Shown: positions 47,268 to 55,898 of the stretch, in pieces | Numbering within the stretch: the stretch's first letter is position 1 | How the letters are laid out: each line of letters starts with the position of its first letter | NCBI GenBank assembly: GCA_031413715.1 | Contig: JANOFO010000011.1 | Span: forward strand, 18,903 to 82,902 | DNA length: 64,000 nucleotides | Reading direction: 5' to 3' | Origin: Minisyncoccota bacterium | GTDB lineage: Bacteria > Patescibacteriota > Minisyncoccia > Phycocordibacterales > UBA9973 | Notes under the pieces: model-generated | Told to the model about the DNA's origin: nothing | The model's database searches: none | Seen by the model: the letters and a program-made list of their open reading frames with translations, nothing else | Translations under genes and position numbers: made by a program

Positions 47268-47882
47268 CTATTTCACCAACACAGTAACTGTGACTTCTAC
47301 TACCTCATTGGCAAATTTTTGATCGATTCCGAATTCTTTCATGTCTATATTGAATTTAGCAACGTATCTTTCTGGGTATGTCTGCTCAATAATTGCATCG
47401 AAGCTAACATTCTTGGACACGCCATGAATCGTCATGACACCAGAGATTTTGCCATCTTTAGACGGAGTTAATTTAAATGTTGCAGTTGGGTACTTGGCCA
47501 CATCAAAGAATGCATCTGTCTTTAGATGTTTCGTGACTGCTTCAGTGTCAGTTGTTAGGGAGTTCATATCTACTGTGACTTCACCCTTCAAATCATTGCC
47601 ACTAAAAGAAAGTTTAGAATCTATCTTGCTGAAAGATCCACTGTGAACCTTGCCCGGACCAAAACCCTTGAATGCTATTTTCACACTAGCGTTATCAACT
47701 TCCTTGTTTGAGACAATGTTATTTGTGGTGACTTCGCTCACTTTAGGATCAGCTGAACTGGTCGCACTGTTTACCTCGGTTACATTTGCTACTGGTACTA
47801 AAGCATCTGGTTTTGTCTGAATCGCAAACCATACAACTACAACAAGAATGATTATAATTAAAACAATTGCAATTTTTTTCAT
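47268..47882 (-). CDS. YceI family protein
   Basis: HLKTDAFFDVAKYPTATF..GVMTIHGVSK..FGI. Confidence 0.9.
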   Translation of the reverse strand: MKKIAIVLIIIILVVVVWFAIQTKPDALVPVANVTEVNSATSSADPKVSEVTTNNIVSNKEVDNASVKIAFKGFGPGKVHSGSFSKIDSKLSFSGNDLKGEVTVDMNSLTTDTEAVTKHLKTDAFFDVAKYPTATFKLTPSKDGKISGVMTIHGVSKNVSFDAIIEQTYPERYVAKFNIDMKEFGIDQKFANEVVEVTVTVLVK

Positions 47883-47994
47883 ATATTTAAAATAAATATT
47901 ACTAATAGATTGATATTATACACGAATGGTGTAAAAATAAAAAAGATCTGTTTATAACAGATCTACCATCAATCAGGATGGGGCTGGTTTAGTT

Positions 47995-48114
47995 TTATAC
48001 AGGTGACCCTTTAGAAGGGTCAAATACAAATAATATGTATGCTATCGCTATGATAGCAACATAGAAAATTACTTCCTGCCATAATGGCAGGCCCTGTTTA
48101 GTTTCTCTTGTCAT
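47995..48114 (-). CDS. Small single-TM protein (39 aa)
   Basis: MTRETKQGLPLWQEVIFYVAIIAIAYILFVFDPSKGSPV after a TGCTATAAT box. Confidence 0.4.
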   Translation of the reverse strand: MTRETKQGLPLWQEVIFYVAIIAIAYILFVFDPSKGSPV

Positions 48115-48154
48115 ATTCTTTTGTATTATAGCACGAAATCAACAAAAAGCAAAA

Positions 48155-48952
48155 TTATTTTATTTCGAGCACGATAGGGCAGTGGTCAGAACCCATAGCT
48201 TCAGAAAGTATGGATGCAGATTTTACTTTAGATTTTAATTTTGCAGATACGAGGAAGTAGTCGATCCGCCAGCCGACGTTGCGCTCGCGAGCTCCGGCAA
48301 AGTGACTCCACCAAGTGTAGTGACCATTGCCTTTCGTAAACATTCGGAATGTATCTATGAATCCTGCATCGACGAAATTCTGAAATCCTTCGCGCTCCTC
48401 GTCTGTAAATCCTTTATTGCCTTCATTTTCCTTCGGACGGGCAAGATCATCCGGTGTGTGAGCAACATTGAGGTCCCCACAGAAAATTACTGGTTTATGT
48501 TTCTCAAGTTCCTTCATATATGCGAGGAATGCTTTATCCCAAACTTTGTGGCGGAGGGGAATACGAGAGAGGTCATCCTTGGCATTCGGAGTATAAACCG
48601 TGACGACAAAAAATTTTTCAAATTCGGCTGCTATCACTCTGCCTTCGGCATTCGCATCGCCATATTTATCTGCAACCAGTTTAAATTTCTTGGCGATCTT
48701 TGCGGGAATATCAAGCATAACTGAAATAGGTACTGCTCGCGTAAATATAGCCGTACCGCTGTAGCCTTTCTTTCCACTCGATGAGTTCCAGTATTCCTCG
48801 TACTCGGGGAGATCAACTTCGGATTGATGCTGTTCAGCTTTTGTCTCTTGCAAACAAATAATGTCGGGCTTGTATTTCTTCACAAAAGGAACAAATAGAC
48901 CTTTCTTATGAACTGCGCGGATACCATTTACGTTCCAAGAGATGATTTTCAT
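48155..48952 (-). CDS. xth: Exodeoxyribonuclease III
   Basis: SWNVNGIRA, CLQETK, GDLNVAH, GWRIDY, SDHCP. Confidence 0.97.
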   Translation of the reverse strand: MKIISWNVNGIRAVHKKGLFVPFVKKYKPDIICLQETKAEQHQSEVDLPEYEEYWNSSSGKKGYSGTAIFTRAVPISVMLDIPAKIAKKFKLVADKYGDANAEGRVIAAEFEKFFVVTVYTPNAKDDLSRIPLRHKVWDKAFLAYMKELEKHKPVIFCGDLNVAHTPDDLARPKENEGNKGFTDEEREGFQNFVDAGFIDTFRMFTKGNGHYTWWSHFAGARERNVGWRIDYFLVSAKLKSKVKSASILSEAMGSDHCPIVLEIK

Positions 48953-49105
48953 AAATACAGTGTATCAGATATTTTACCTTTGACTCAGTAACCCCGCTGT
49001 GTTAGATTGTCTGAGTAATGAGTAAATTAGTTTAACCCCCCAGTCCTAATTTACTTTTGTTCTCAATGGGGAAGTACAACCGCTCTTTTTACAGGAGCGG
49101 TCCTT

Positions 49106-50032
49106 TTATTTCCCCTTGCTGTGAAACTTTTTATGCACGTCTCGCAGTTGTGCATCAGTGACGTGCGTATATATCTGAGTAGTAGCGATATTGGCATGAC
49201 CTAGCATTATCTGCACCGAGCGGATGTCGGCGCCGTTTGATAGTAAATCAGTGGCAAAGCAATGGCGAATGACGTGCGGAGTAACTTTTTTCGAAATACC
49301 TGCTTTGATGGCACACTGTTTTACAATCCGCTCGATTGAACGGCGAGCGAGGGGCTTTATGTCACTAGTGTTTTTTATTTCACTACCAATCTGAACAAAC
49401 AGAGCATCAGACATGTCCTTCCTTAGGGATAAATACTTTTTCAAAGTAGCTCGGGCTTCTTCTGAGATGAATACAACTCTTATCTTGCCACCCTTGCCAC
49501 GGATAGAGAACTCGCCTTGAGTAAAATCAATATCATTTGTAAGTGAACAAAGCTCAGACACGCGTAAGCCAGTAGAAAATAAAAGTTCAAGAATAGATCT
49601 ATCTCGTAGAGATTTTATATCATCACCTGGAGATGCCGCAAGGAGGCGAGTAAGCTCGCTGTTTGAGATGAGATCAAGGTGGCGCTCGGGAACTTTGGCC
49701 AAGTCTATCTCTTCTGCTGACATTGATTTTATATTTTTACGAGTGAGGTATTTCAAAAAAACTCTAAGCGCGATCATATAGTAATTCTGTGTTTTCCTTG
49801 AGACTGTTTTCCCTGTTGCTCTGTTATTGCCCATAGACTGACGATTGAGCCACAAGCGAAACTCCCGTACCGATGTGCTGTTTATGTCTTCTGGATTTTT
49901 AGCTTTTGAAAATGTCAGGAATCGAGTAATGTAATGGTCATAATTCTCCACTGTCTTTAAACTCCTTCCTTTTTCAATCTCTATATGCTCAAGGAATTCT
50001 CTCTTTAGTTGTTCTAATTTTGTAGTAGCCAT
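49106..50032 (-). CDS. Tyrosine recombinase, XerC/XerD-like
   Basis: TGLRVSEL, GKGGK, TPHVIRHCFAT, LGHANIATTQIYT. Confidence 0.9.
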   Translation of the reverse strand: MATTKLEQLKREFLEHIEIEKGRSLKTVENYDHYITRFLTFSKAKNPEDINSTSVREFRLWLNRQSMGNNRATGKTVSRKTQNYYMIALRVFLKYLTRKNIKSMSAEEIDLAKVPERHLDLISNSELTRLLAASPGDDIKSLRDRSILELLFSTGLRVSELCSLTNDIDFTQGEFSIRGKGGKIRVVFISEEARATLKKYLSLRKDMSDALFVQIGSEIKNTSDIKPLARRSIERIVKQCAIKAGISKKVTPHVIRHCFATDLLSNGADIRSVQIMLGHANIATTQIYTHVTDAQLRDVHKKFHSKGK

Positions 50033-50044
50033 TGTAGTGCCTGC

Positions 50045-50070
50045 ACTGCGTAGCCAAGGCGAAGTAGTGT
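50045..50070. repeat. CGTAGC..GCGAAG-type miniature hairpin element
   Basis: CACTGCGTAGCCAAGGCGAAGTAGTG upstream of the recombinase. Confidence 0.45.
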
Positions 50071-50114
50071 CGCACAATAATTGTAGCATATATAAACTTT
50101 GTATATAACAAGAA

Positions 50115-50882
50115 TTAATTATATAAATCAATTCTCCTGTCTTTGAACAAATCATTATATTGATTCCATTTTTTATTGCGCGACCTTTCTATATCAACAT
50201 CAATTACTACCACTGCTTCAGCAGTATCAGCTTTTGAAAGAGTAGCTCCTCGATTATCAATAATCTCACTTCCCCCTTGAAATATTTGTCCCCGTTCTTT
50301 TCCAATTCGATTGACAATAATCGAGAAAACTCCATTTTCGATACTTCGTGCCCGCATCATAGTAAATCCATAATCAAAAACAAAATTAGCAGTGTTACAG
50401 AAAATATCAGCTCCTTCTAATGCGAGCGATCTCCAGTATTCAGGAAACATATAATCGTAACAAACGCCGAGGCCAATACGAACACCTCTCCACTCGAACA
50501 GTGTCGGCTTAGTCATACCTATATCGAACAAAAGTTTTTCTTTTAGAAACAAATGTGATTTTTGGTGCCGCGTGATCACCCCTTCAGGTCCGACGGCAAT
50601 TGCACTACTAAATACTTTTCCATCTCTCAATTCAGGCATACCAAAAATAAGACAAGCGTTATTGTCTTTTGCAATACAAATAAGTTCTTTGACGCTATTG
50701 CCGTTAAGCGGTTCTGCTAGCGATAAAAGTTCTTCTCTACTTGAAACCATATATCCAGTAATACACATTTCAGGAAGAACCAGCAGGTCAGCTTTTGCAT
50801 TCTCAACAAGTTCTTTAATTTTGGCAATATTTTTTGACTTCTCGCCAAATTGCGGATCAAATTGTACATATCCTATTTTCAT
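50115..50882 (-). CDS. Nitrilase/carbon-nitrogen hydrolase
   Basis: Catalytic triad in LPEM, HQKSHLF, VCYD; RARSIEN. Confidence 0.93.
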   Translation of the reverse strand: MKIGYVQFDPQFGEKSKNIAKIKELVENAKADLLVLPEMCITGYMVSSREELLSLAEPLNGNSVKELICIAKDNNACLIFGMPELRDGKVFSSAIAVGPEGVITRHQKSHLFLKEKLLFDIGMTKPTLFEWRGVRIGLGVCYDYMFPEYWRSLALEGADIFCNTANFVFDYGFTMMRARSIENGVFSIIVNRIGKERGQIFQGGSEIIDNRGATLSKADTAEAVVVIDVDIERSRNKKWNQYNDLFKDRRIDLYN

Positions 50883-50885
50883 ATT

Positions 50886-52442
50886 TTATTTCAAAACACC
50901 AACTGTTTCTTCGACAGCTGCGATAATAGTATATTCAACAACAAGCTTTCTCATTTGTTCGATATCTCGATAATATTCTCTATCTTCGGTAATCGGAGGA
51001 ACTACACCTCTTATTATTTTGAGTGCAGTCGCACCTGCAAGCGAAGGAGAAAGCGGGCTTCTAACTTGATAAGCTTGAGCGGCGGCCATTAACTCAATAG
51101 CGACAACATACTGAGCATTTTTAATTATTTGCATGCATTTTTGCGCAGCAATTGAGCCCATCGAAACGTGGTCTTCCTGATTAGCAGAAACTGGGATACT
51201 ATCTACTGAAGCCGGGTGGGCAAGGATCTTGTTCTCTGACACAAGTGCCGCCTGTGAATATTGAGCGACCATAAGCCCGCTGTTTAACCCTCTGTCTTCG
51301 TCTTTACCTTGCACTAGAAATGCTGGCATTCCACCGTTTAATGCAGGATCGAGTAGGTTATTGGTACGACGCTCGGAAATATTGGCAATTTCACTCATTG
51401 CTATACCTAGAGCATCCATGGCAATACCAACGGGTTCACCGTGAAAGTTACCACCTGTCAGACATATTTCCTCTTTAGTAAAGTAAAGTGGATTATCTGC
51501 ACATGAATTTATCTCAATTTCAACTTGCTGTTTCGCAAAGTCGAGAGTGTCCCGGCATGCACCGACTACTTGCGGTGTACACCGCAAACTATATGCGTTC
51601 TGGACGCTTTGTTTCGGTTGCTTGAGAATCTCACTACCCGCAATAAGTGTTCGTATATTTTCAGCACTTTCATTTTGGCCTTTGAAAGGACGGAGTGCAT
51701 GATAGCGGGCATCGTAGGCAAGCTCGACACAGTTAAGTGCATCGATAGTCATAGCGGCCGATATTTCAGAAGTACGAATAAGCCGTTCACTTTCATATAC
51801 ATCAAAACAAGCATATGAAGTGGTGAATTGCGTACCATTAATAAGTGCAAGTCCTTCACGATACATAAGCTTGACTGGTTCAATGCCAGCTTTCTCCATT
51901 GCTAGAGCTCCTTCATACAGAGTTCCTTCATAGAAAGCCTGACCTTCACCAAAGACAACCAACCCCATTTGCGAAAGCGGAGCAAGATCTCCACTGGTAC
52001 CAACAGAACCTTTCTCGCAAATAAAAGGAGTTACACCCTTGTTAAGCATATCTCTCATTGTTTCAAGAATAATAGGTCGAACTCCAGAGTAACCTTTAGC
52101 TAAAACATTCATGCGAAGCAATATGCAAGCACGCGATATCTCTTCTCGAACTGGATCACCAACGCCCGAAGCATGAGCGCGGACCATTCTATAAGAGAGC
52201 TCGATGGTTTTCTCTTTTGGTAAAATTGAATTACCAAAAGCTCCAACACCAGTGTTGGTACCATACATGACTTTGCCATCGGCCATCATTTTCTCAAGTG
52301 TGTTCCAGTTTTTTTGAACAGATTCAATAATATCAATCGGAATAGTGACTTTCGCTTTATATCGAGCAACCGCTACGACATCTTCTACTGATAAACCCTC
52401 TCCGACAATTCTAACCTCTCTTATTTTTAATGCATCTTTCAT
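50886..52442 (-). CDS. hutH: Histidine ammonia-lyase (MIO enzyme, Thr-Ser-Gly variant)
   Basis: YGTNTG, RAHASG, GSVGTSGDL, EGLALING, YSLRC, GGNFHGEP, SENK, NQEDHVSM. Confidence 0.85.
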   Translation of the reverse strand: MKDALKIREVRIVGEGLSVEDVVAVARYKAKVTIPIDIIESVQKNWNTLEKMMADGKVMYGTNTGVGAFGNSILPKEKTIELSYRMVRAHASGVGDPVREEISRACILLRMNVLAKGYSGVRPIILETMRDMLNKGVTPFICEKGSVGTSGDLAPLSQMGLVVFGEGQAFYEGTLYEGALAMEKAGIEPVKLMYREGLALINGTQFTTSYACFDVYESERLIRTSEISAAMTIDALNCVELAYDARYHALRPFKGQNESAENIRTLIAGSEILKQPKQSVQNAYSLRCTPQVVGACRDTLDFAKQQVEIEINSCADNPLYFTKEEICLTGGNFHGEPVGIAMDALGIAMSEIANISERRTNNLLDPALNGGMPAFLVQGKDEDRGLNSGLMVAQYSQAALVSENKILAHPASVDSIPVSANQEDHVSMGSIAAQKCMQIIKNAQYVVAIELMAAAQAYQVRSPLSPSLAGATALKIIRGVVPPITEDREYYRDIEQMRKLVVEYTIIAAVEETVGVLK

Positions 52443-52531
52443 ATATTTATTTTTTAATTAATAATCTTCCTTGATTATGAGGAAGAAAAGATATTGGAGA
52501 GAATCACAGGAAACCCTCCAATATTAATTTT

Positions 52532-52723
52532 TCATCGTAATCTCTCCCCAACAAAAGGAACTATTTTCTTTGCTGTATCTTCCTCTGTTTGAAAATCAAT
52601 TCTTTCAAAGCACAGAGAGCAATAAGGCTTAGAAACTGCCCTATCTTTATCGAGACTTTCTTCGTATCTTGGATAAATTAATTTGTGTTTACCATCTGGT
52701 GATTTTTCACATTTTTTCTCCAT
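52532..52723 (-). CDS. Small putative Zn-binding protein (63 aa)
   Basis: C..SPDGKH..YCSLC. Confidence 0.5.
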   Translation of the reverse strand: MEKKCEKSPDGKHKLIYPRYEESLDKDRAVSKPYCSLCFERIDFQTEEDTAKKIVPFVGERLR

Positions 52724-52742
52724 GTTTAAGATATTTAAGTTG

Positions 52743-53348
52743 TTATCTAAAATTTGAATTAAAAGAATTTGGTTCATTACGATAATTGCGAAATCCCTTT
52801 TCATAATTTTCGGCTAACTTTAAGTTTTTAATTTTAAGATAATTAAGAATCATCAAAAAATCACGTTTATTATTATCATTAACCCCAGTACTATGTCCGT
52901 TTCTCCAATATACTTCATCATCTAAGTTAATTTTTTCTAAAAGTTGAATAAGTTGTTGTTCACTCAACTTTCTACAATTTAAATCAATTGTCTGCTTATA
53001 CAAATCAAGTAATTTAAATAAAACCTGAAGCAATCCAACAAAATCATTTGTACTAAAATGTGTTGCCTTTAGGTTTTCAAAATCAGACGAATCAAATTCA
53101 TTTTTTTGAAACTTTGTAATAATTCTGAAGAAATCTTCTAATTTTATAAAGTTAAATTTTTCATCTAACTCTTGTTCAATATCGTCAAGAACTCTTAAGC
53201 AAAATGGTCCTTTTTCAGGGTTGGAATTTGCTTCTGGCAACCATACATCAATTTCTGCTGATATAGTTGTTAGCAATGTTTGATTTTGGCGTAACGCATA
53301 AGCTCCTCCAAACCTTTCTTTTTCAAATTGATCTCTTAATTTTCTCAT
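52743..53348 (-). CDS. Hypothetical protein
   Basis: 201-aa AT-rich ORF, helical composition. Confidence 0.55.
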   Translation of the reverse strand: MRKLRDQFEKERFGGAYALRQNQTLLTTISAEIDVWLPEANSNPEKGPFCLRVLDDIEQELDEKFNFIKLEDFFRIITKFQKNEFDSSDFENLKATHFSTNDFVGLLQVLFKLLDLYKQTIDLNCRKLSEQQLIQLLEKINLDDEVYWRNGHSTGVNDNNKRDFLMILNYLKIKNLKLAENYEKGFRNYRNEPNSFNSNFR

Positions 53349-53424
53349 TTGAATAATTTTTAATGTACAGAGCAGTTATTTATGGTAGGTGACAAACCTC
53401 TTTGTTGATCAGGGACAACACGAG

Positions 53425-53532
53425 AAACCCCTTCTTAAAAACTTAAGAAGGGGTTGGTTTCTAATCGCTTTGCGCTTTTGCCTATGTACTAGAATACAAT
53501 CCTTTCCCAAGTTTGGTAGGATTGTGATGATG
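53425..53532 (-). promoter_or_regulatory. Attenuator-like region at the 3' end of the YerC-type gene
   Basis: His-His-His codons followed by mutually exclusive hairpins (see findings). Confidence 0.55.
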
Positions 53533-53814
53533 AGCGATTCTATCGAGTATAAGACGGTAGCCACCTAAACTGCCTTTGAGCCACTTGGAAATGCGGGCGA
53601 TAGTGGTAGAAGAAAGGCCGGTCTGCTCGATAATAGCGGCATACTGAGTATCACGAGAGAGGAGGCGAGCGGCTTCTAGGCGCTTGCCGAATTCCTCGAT
53701 CTCGCCTTCGGTCATGAGATCACGAAGAAAACGCTTTGCCTCATCAGCAGTTTCTAAAGAGAGGATTGCCTGTAGTAATTGATTATTCACTTTTTTGTTC
53801 CAATTTATTTCCAT
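53482..53814 (-). CDS. YerC/YecD TrpR-like repressor (HisR-type)
   Basis: AILSL..FLRDLMTEGEI..RLEAARLL..Y..I..TGLSSTTIARI..GGY. Confidence 0.9.
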   Translation of the reverse strand: MEINWNKKVNNQLLQAILSLETADEAKRFLRDLMTEGEIEEFGKRLEAARLLSRDTQYAAIIEQTGLSSTTIARISKWLKGSLGGYRLILDRIAHHHNPTKLGKGLYSST

Positions 53815-53820
53815 ATATTC

Positions 53821-53858
53821 CACTTTAGCAAACTAAAGTACTTTAGTCAAGTAAAGTT
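53821..53858. promoter_or_regulatory. Two tandem palindromic operators overlapping the repressor's own promoter
   Basis: ACTTTA-N6-TAAAGT twice; minus-strand TTGACT-17 nt-TAAAGT promoter lies within them. Confidence 0.7.
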
Positions 53859-53947
53859 ACCCACATTATTCTCAGTCAGGAAGGGGTTATAAGGAAAGGC
53901 CATGTGAAACTTGCATTTTTGGGCAATATGTGCTAGTATATACGGAC

Positions 53948-54208
53948 ATGTTAACAGTAAAGAAAAAGCAGAATATTATAAAGAAAAGCCAGCTTCATGA
54001 CAAAGACACTGGTTCACCTGAAGTGCAGATAGCCATTCTAAGCAAAAGGATTGATGAGCTTGCAAGCCACCTAAAGGAGCATAAGAAAGACAACCACTCC
54101 CGGCGCGGACTTATCAAGATGGTTGCAGATCGCAGAGGTCATCTGAAACACCTAGAGAAGACAGACAAGACTCGCTTTATGACTCAGACTAAAAAACTAA
54201 AAGTTTAA
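53948..54208 (+). CDS. rpsO: 30S ribosomal protein S15
   Basis: DTGSPEVQIA..HLKEHKKDNHSRRGL. Confidence 0.97.
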   Translation: MLTVKKKQNIIKKSQLHDKDTGSPEVQIAILSKRIDELASHLKEHKKDNHSRRGLIKMVADRRGHLKHLEKTDKTRFMTQTKKLKV

Positions 54209-54243
54209 CAAGATGTCTCGCAAGAGGCATTTTGTTTTGCTAC

Positions 54244-54319
54244 ACCCCGTAGTAGATTTTAATAATGTTCTGATTTATCAGAACGTCTCAAAGACTTTAT
54301 TAAAATTCACTATCGGGGT
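54244..54319. repeat. Long CCCCG...CGGGG hairpin element
   Basis: ACCCCGTAGT..TTTTAATAA..GTTCTGA-TTTA-TCAGAAC..TTATTAAAA..ACTATCGGGGT. Confidence 0.55.
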
Positions 54320-54332
54320 ACAATAGATATAC

Positions 54333-54833
54333 ATGATAATTAAACATAAGGAGCAAAGGGTGGGGGTTTTCATAGACACATCGAATCTCTACCACAGCGC
54401 AAAAAATTTATATAAAAGGAAAGTGAACTTCGGAGCTGTACTTAAGGATGCAGTCGCTGGGAGGAAGCTAGTACGCGCCACAGCTTATGTCATAACAAGC
54501 GAGGGAGGAAGTGAAAAAAGCTTCTTCGACGCGCTGACCAAGCTCGGAATTGAAACTAAGACAAAAGAACTCCAGATATTCTCGGGTGGCGCTAAAAAGG
54601 GCGACTGGGATGTAGGTATTACTGTAGATGCTATGAAAATGGCGCCTAGGCTTGATGCTGTGATTCTAGTGGCGGGAGACGGAGATTTCATTCCTCTTGT
54701 TGAGTACCTCCAAGGACTATTGGTCCAGGTGGAAGTAGTATCTTTCGGCAAATCAACATCCATGAAGCTCAAAGACATCGCCGACGACTTCCTCGACCTC
54801 TCCGAGAACCCTAGAAAATATTTAATACATTAA
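54333..54833 (+). CDS. NYN domain (LabA/DUF88) protein
   Basis: VFIDTSNL..KGDWDVGITVDA..GDGDF..ADDF. Confidence 0.92.
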   Translation: MIIKHKEQRVGVFIDTSNLYHSAKNLYKRKVNFGAVLKDAVAGRKLVRATAYVITSEGGSEKSFFDALTKLGIETKTKELQIFSGGAKKGDWDVGITVDAMKMAPRLDAVILVAGDGDFIPLVEYLQGLLVQVEVVSFGKSTSMKLKDIADDFLDLSENPRKYLIH

Positions 54834-54899
54834 GATAAAAAATAACCGCCATTCAAATCTGAATAACGGTTGTTTTAATACTTCTTTAATTAGTTTAAA

Positions 54900-55625
54900 T
54901 TAAGCTGCTGTCTCTATTAAAAAAGGCCAGCATTTTTCTTCTCCAAAAACTTCACCGTCGTCATGTAAATTACTTGAATTTAACAATGAATTAGAAACTG
55001 AAAAAAGATATCCCTTTTCAGAAATAAATCGGTGATTTTTTTCCCTTTTAACAAAGACATCAACTCTCAAAGATTTATTGTCTTTTACAAGAACCTCGCG
55101 GAAATCTTCCATAAGGATATTACCCTTGTTAACTTCTTTGATGATTCCATCAATGACAGAAAACGTTTCGTCGTCATTCTTGTAACAAAGCTGAACGAAA
55201 TTCCCAATTTCTTTCGACAAAGCGCTTCTTATTTCTCCAATAAAAGTTTTATAAAGTTCTAAACCTTCACCGATATCAAAAAACTTTTTTGTTTGTTCAT
55301 AGCCTGGCAAAATTGGTATTTCGCCAAAGGCGTTGTCCAATCTTATGATTTTTTTCTGAGGCAACTTTTGGTCATTCGCATCATGGAAATCCCCATAATA
55401 ATCAGCTTGCAATGTATTTTCATTAATGAAAACAACATTAAAAAAATTGACGGCTTCTTCAATTGACAATCCAATGTCACTAATCCTGCCTAAGCAAAGA
55501 CTGATGATATTTTTACCTTTCAATCTCCCTTTTATTTCTTCTACCATAATGTTGTAAAGAGCAGAAAAAGTCACAATGTTTGTTCTCTGTGTGTTAGGGT
55601 AGCCCCTAAAAACTATACTTTTCAT
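54900..55625 (-). CDS. Hypothetical protein
   Basis: 241-aa ORF with its own promoter-like and terminator-like flanks. Confidence 0.6.
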   Translation of the reverse strand: MKSIVFRGYPNTQRTNIVTFSALYNIMVEEIKGRLKGKNIISLCLGRISDIGLSIEEAVNFFNVVFINENTLQADYYGDFHDANDQKLPQKKIIRLDNAFGEIPILPGYEQTKKFFDIGEGLELYKTFIGEIRSALSKEIGNFVQLCYKNDDETFSVIDGIIKEVNKGNILMEDFREVLVKDNKSLRVDVFVKREKNHRFISEKGYLFSVSNSLLNSSNLHDDGEVFGEEKCWPFLIETAA

Positions 55626-55734
55626 AACTGTATTTTATTTGATGATTTGAATATTCGATCGGAGTATAACCCTATTTATAAAAAAAGTAAATGTGGAATA
55701 AAGAATAGTTTTCTGCTATGCTAATAACATTAAT

Positions 55735-55890
55735 AGGGATAATCAGTTATTCTCCAGACAAATAGAATTGAAACCATATGAGGAAAGCGTTTCAAGCCTA
55801 GAGTCTGTAGAATAGCTCACCCGGTAGTGAATTTTGGCGAAGTGCAAAGCACGCTCTTGAGAGCATCGCCGAAATCTACTATCCGGGTCA
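55735..55890 (+). promoter_or_regulatory. Structured pnp 5' leader
   Basis: Two long stems: GTTATTCT..AGAATAGC and CCCGGTAG..TTTTGGCGA..TCGCCGAAA..CTATCCGGG. Confidence 0.55.
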
Positions 55891-55898
55891 CAATATAT

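Noticed and set aside
50100-50130. dif-like site upstream of the recombinase
   Set aside because: The AT-rich dyad does not match XerC/XerD arm consensus well enough
49106-53348. Integron or prophage anchored on the tyrosine recombinase
   Set aside because: The protein looks like a housekeeping Xer with no evident IntI insertion; I found no attC-like repeats, att duplications or phage genes
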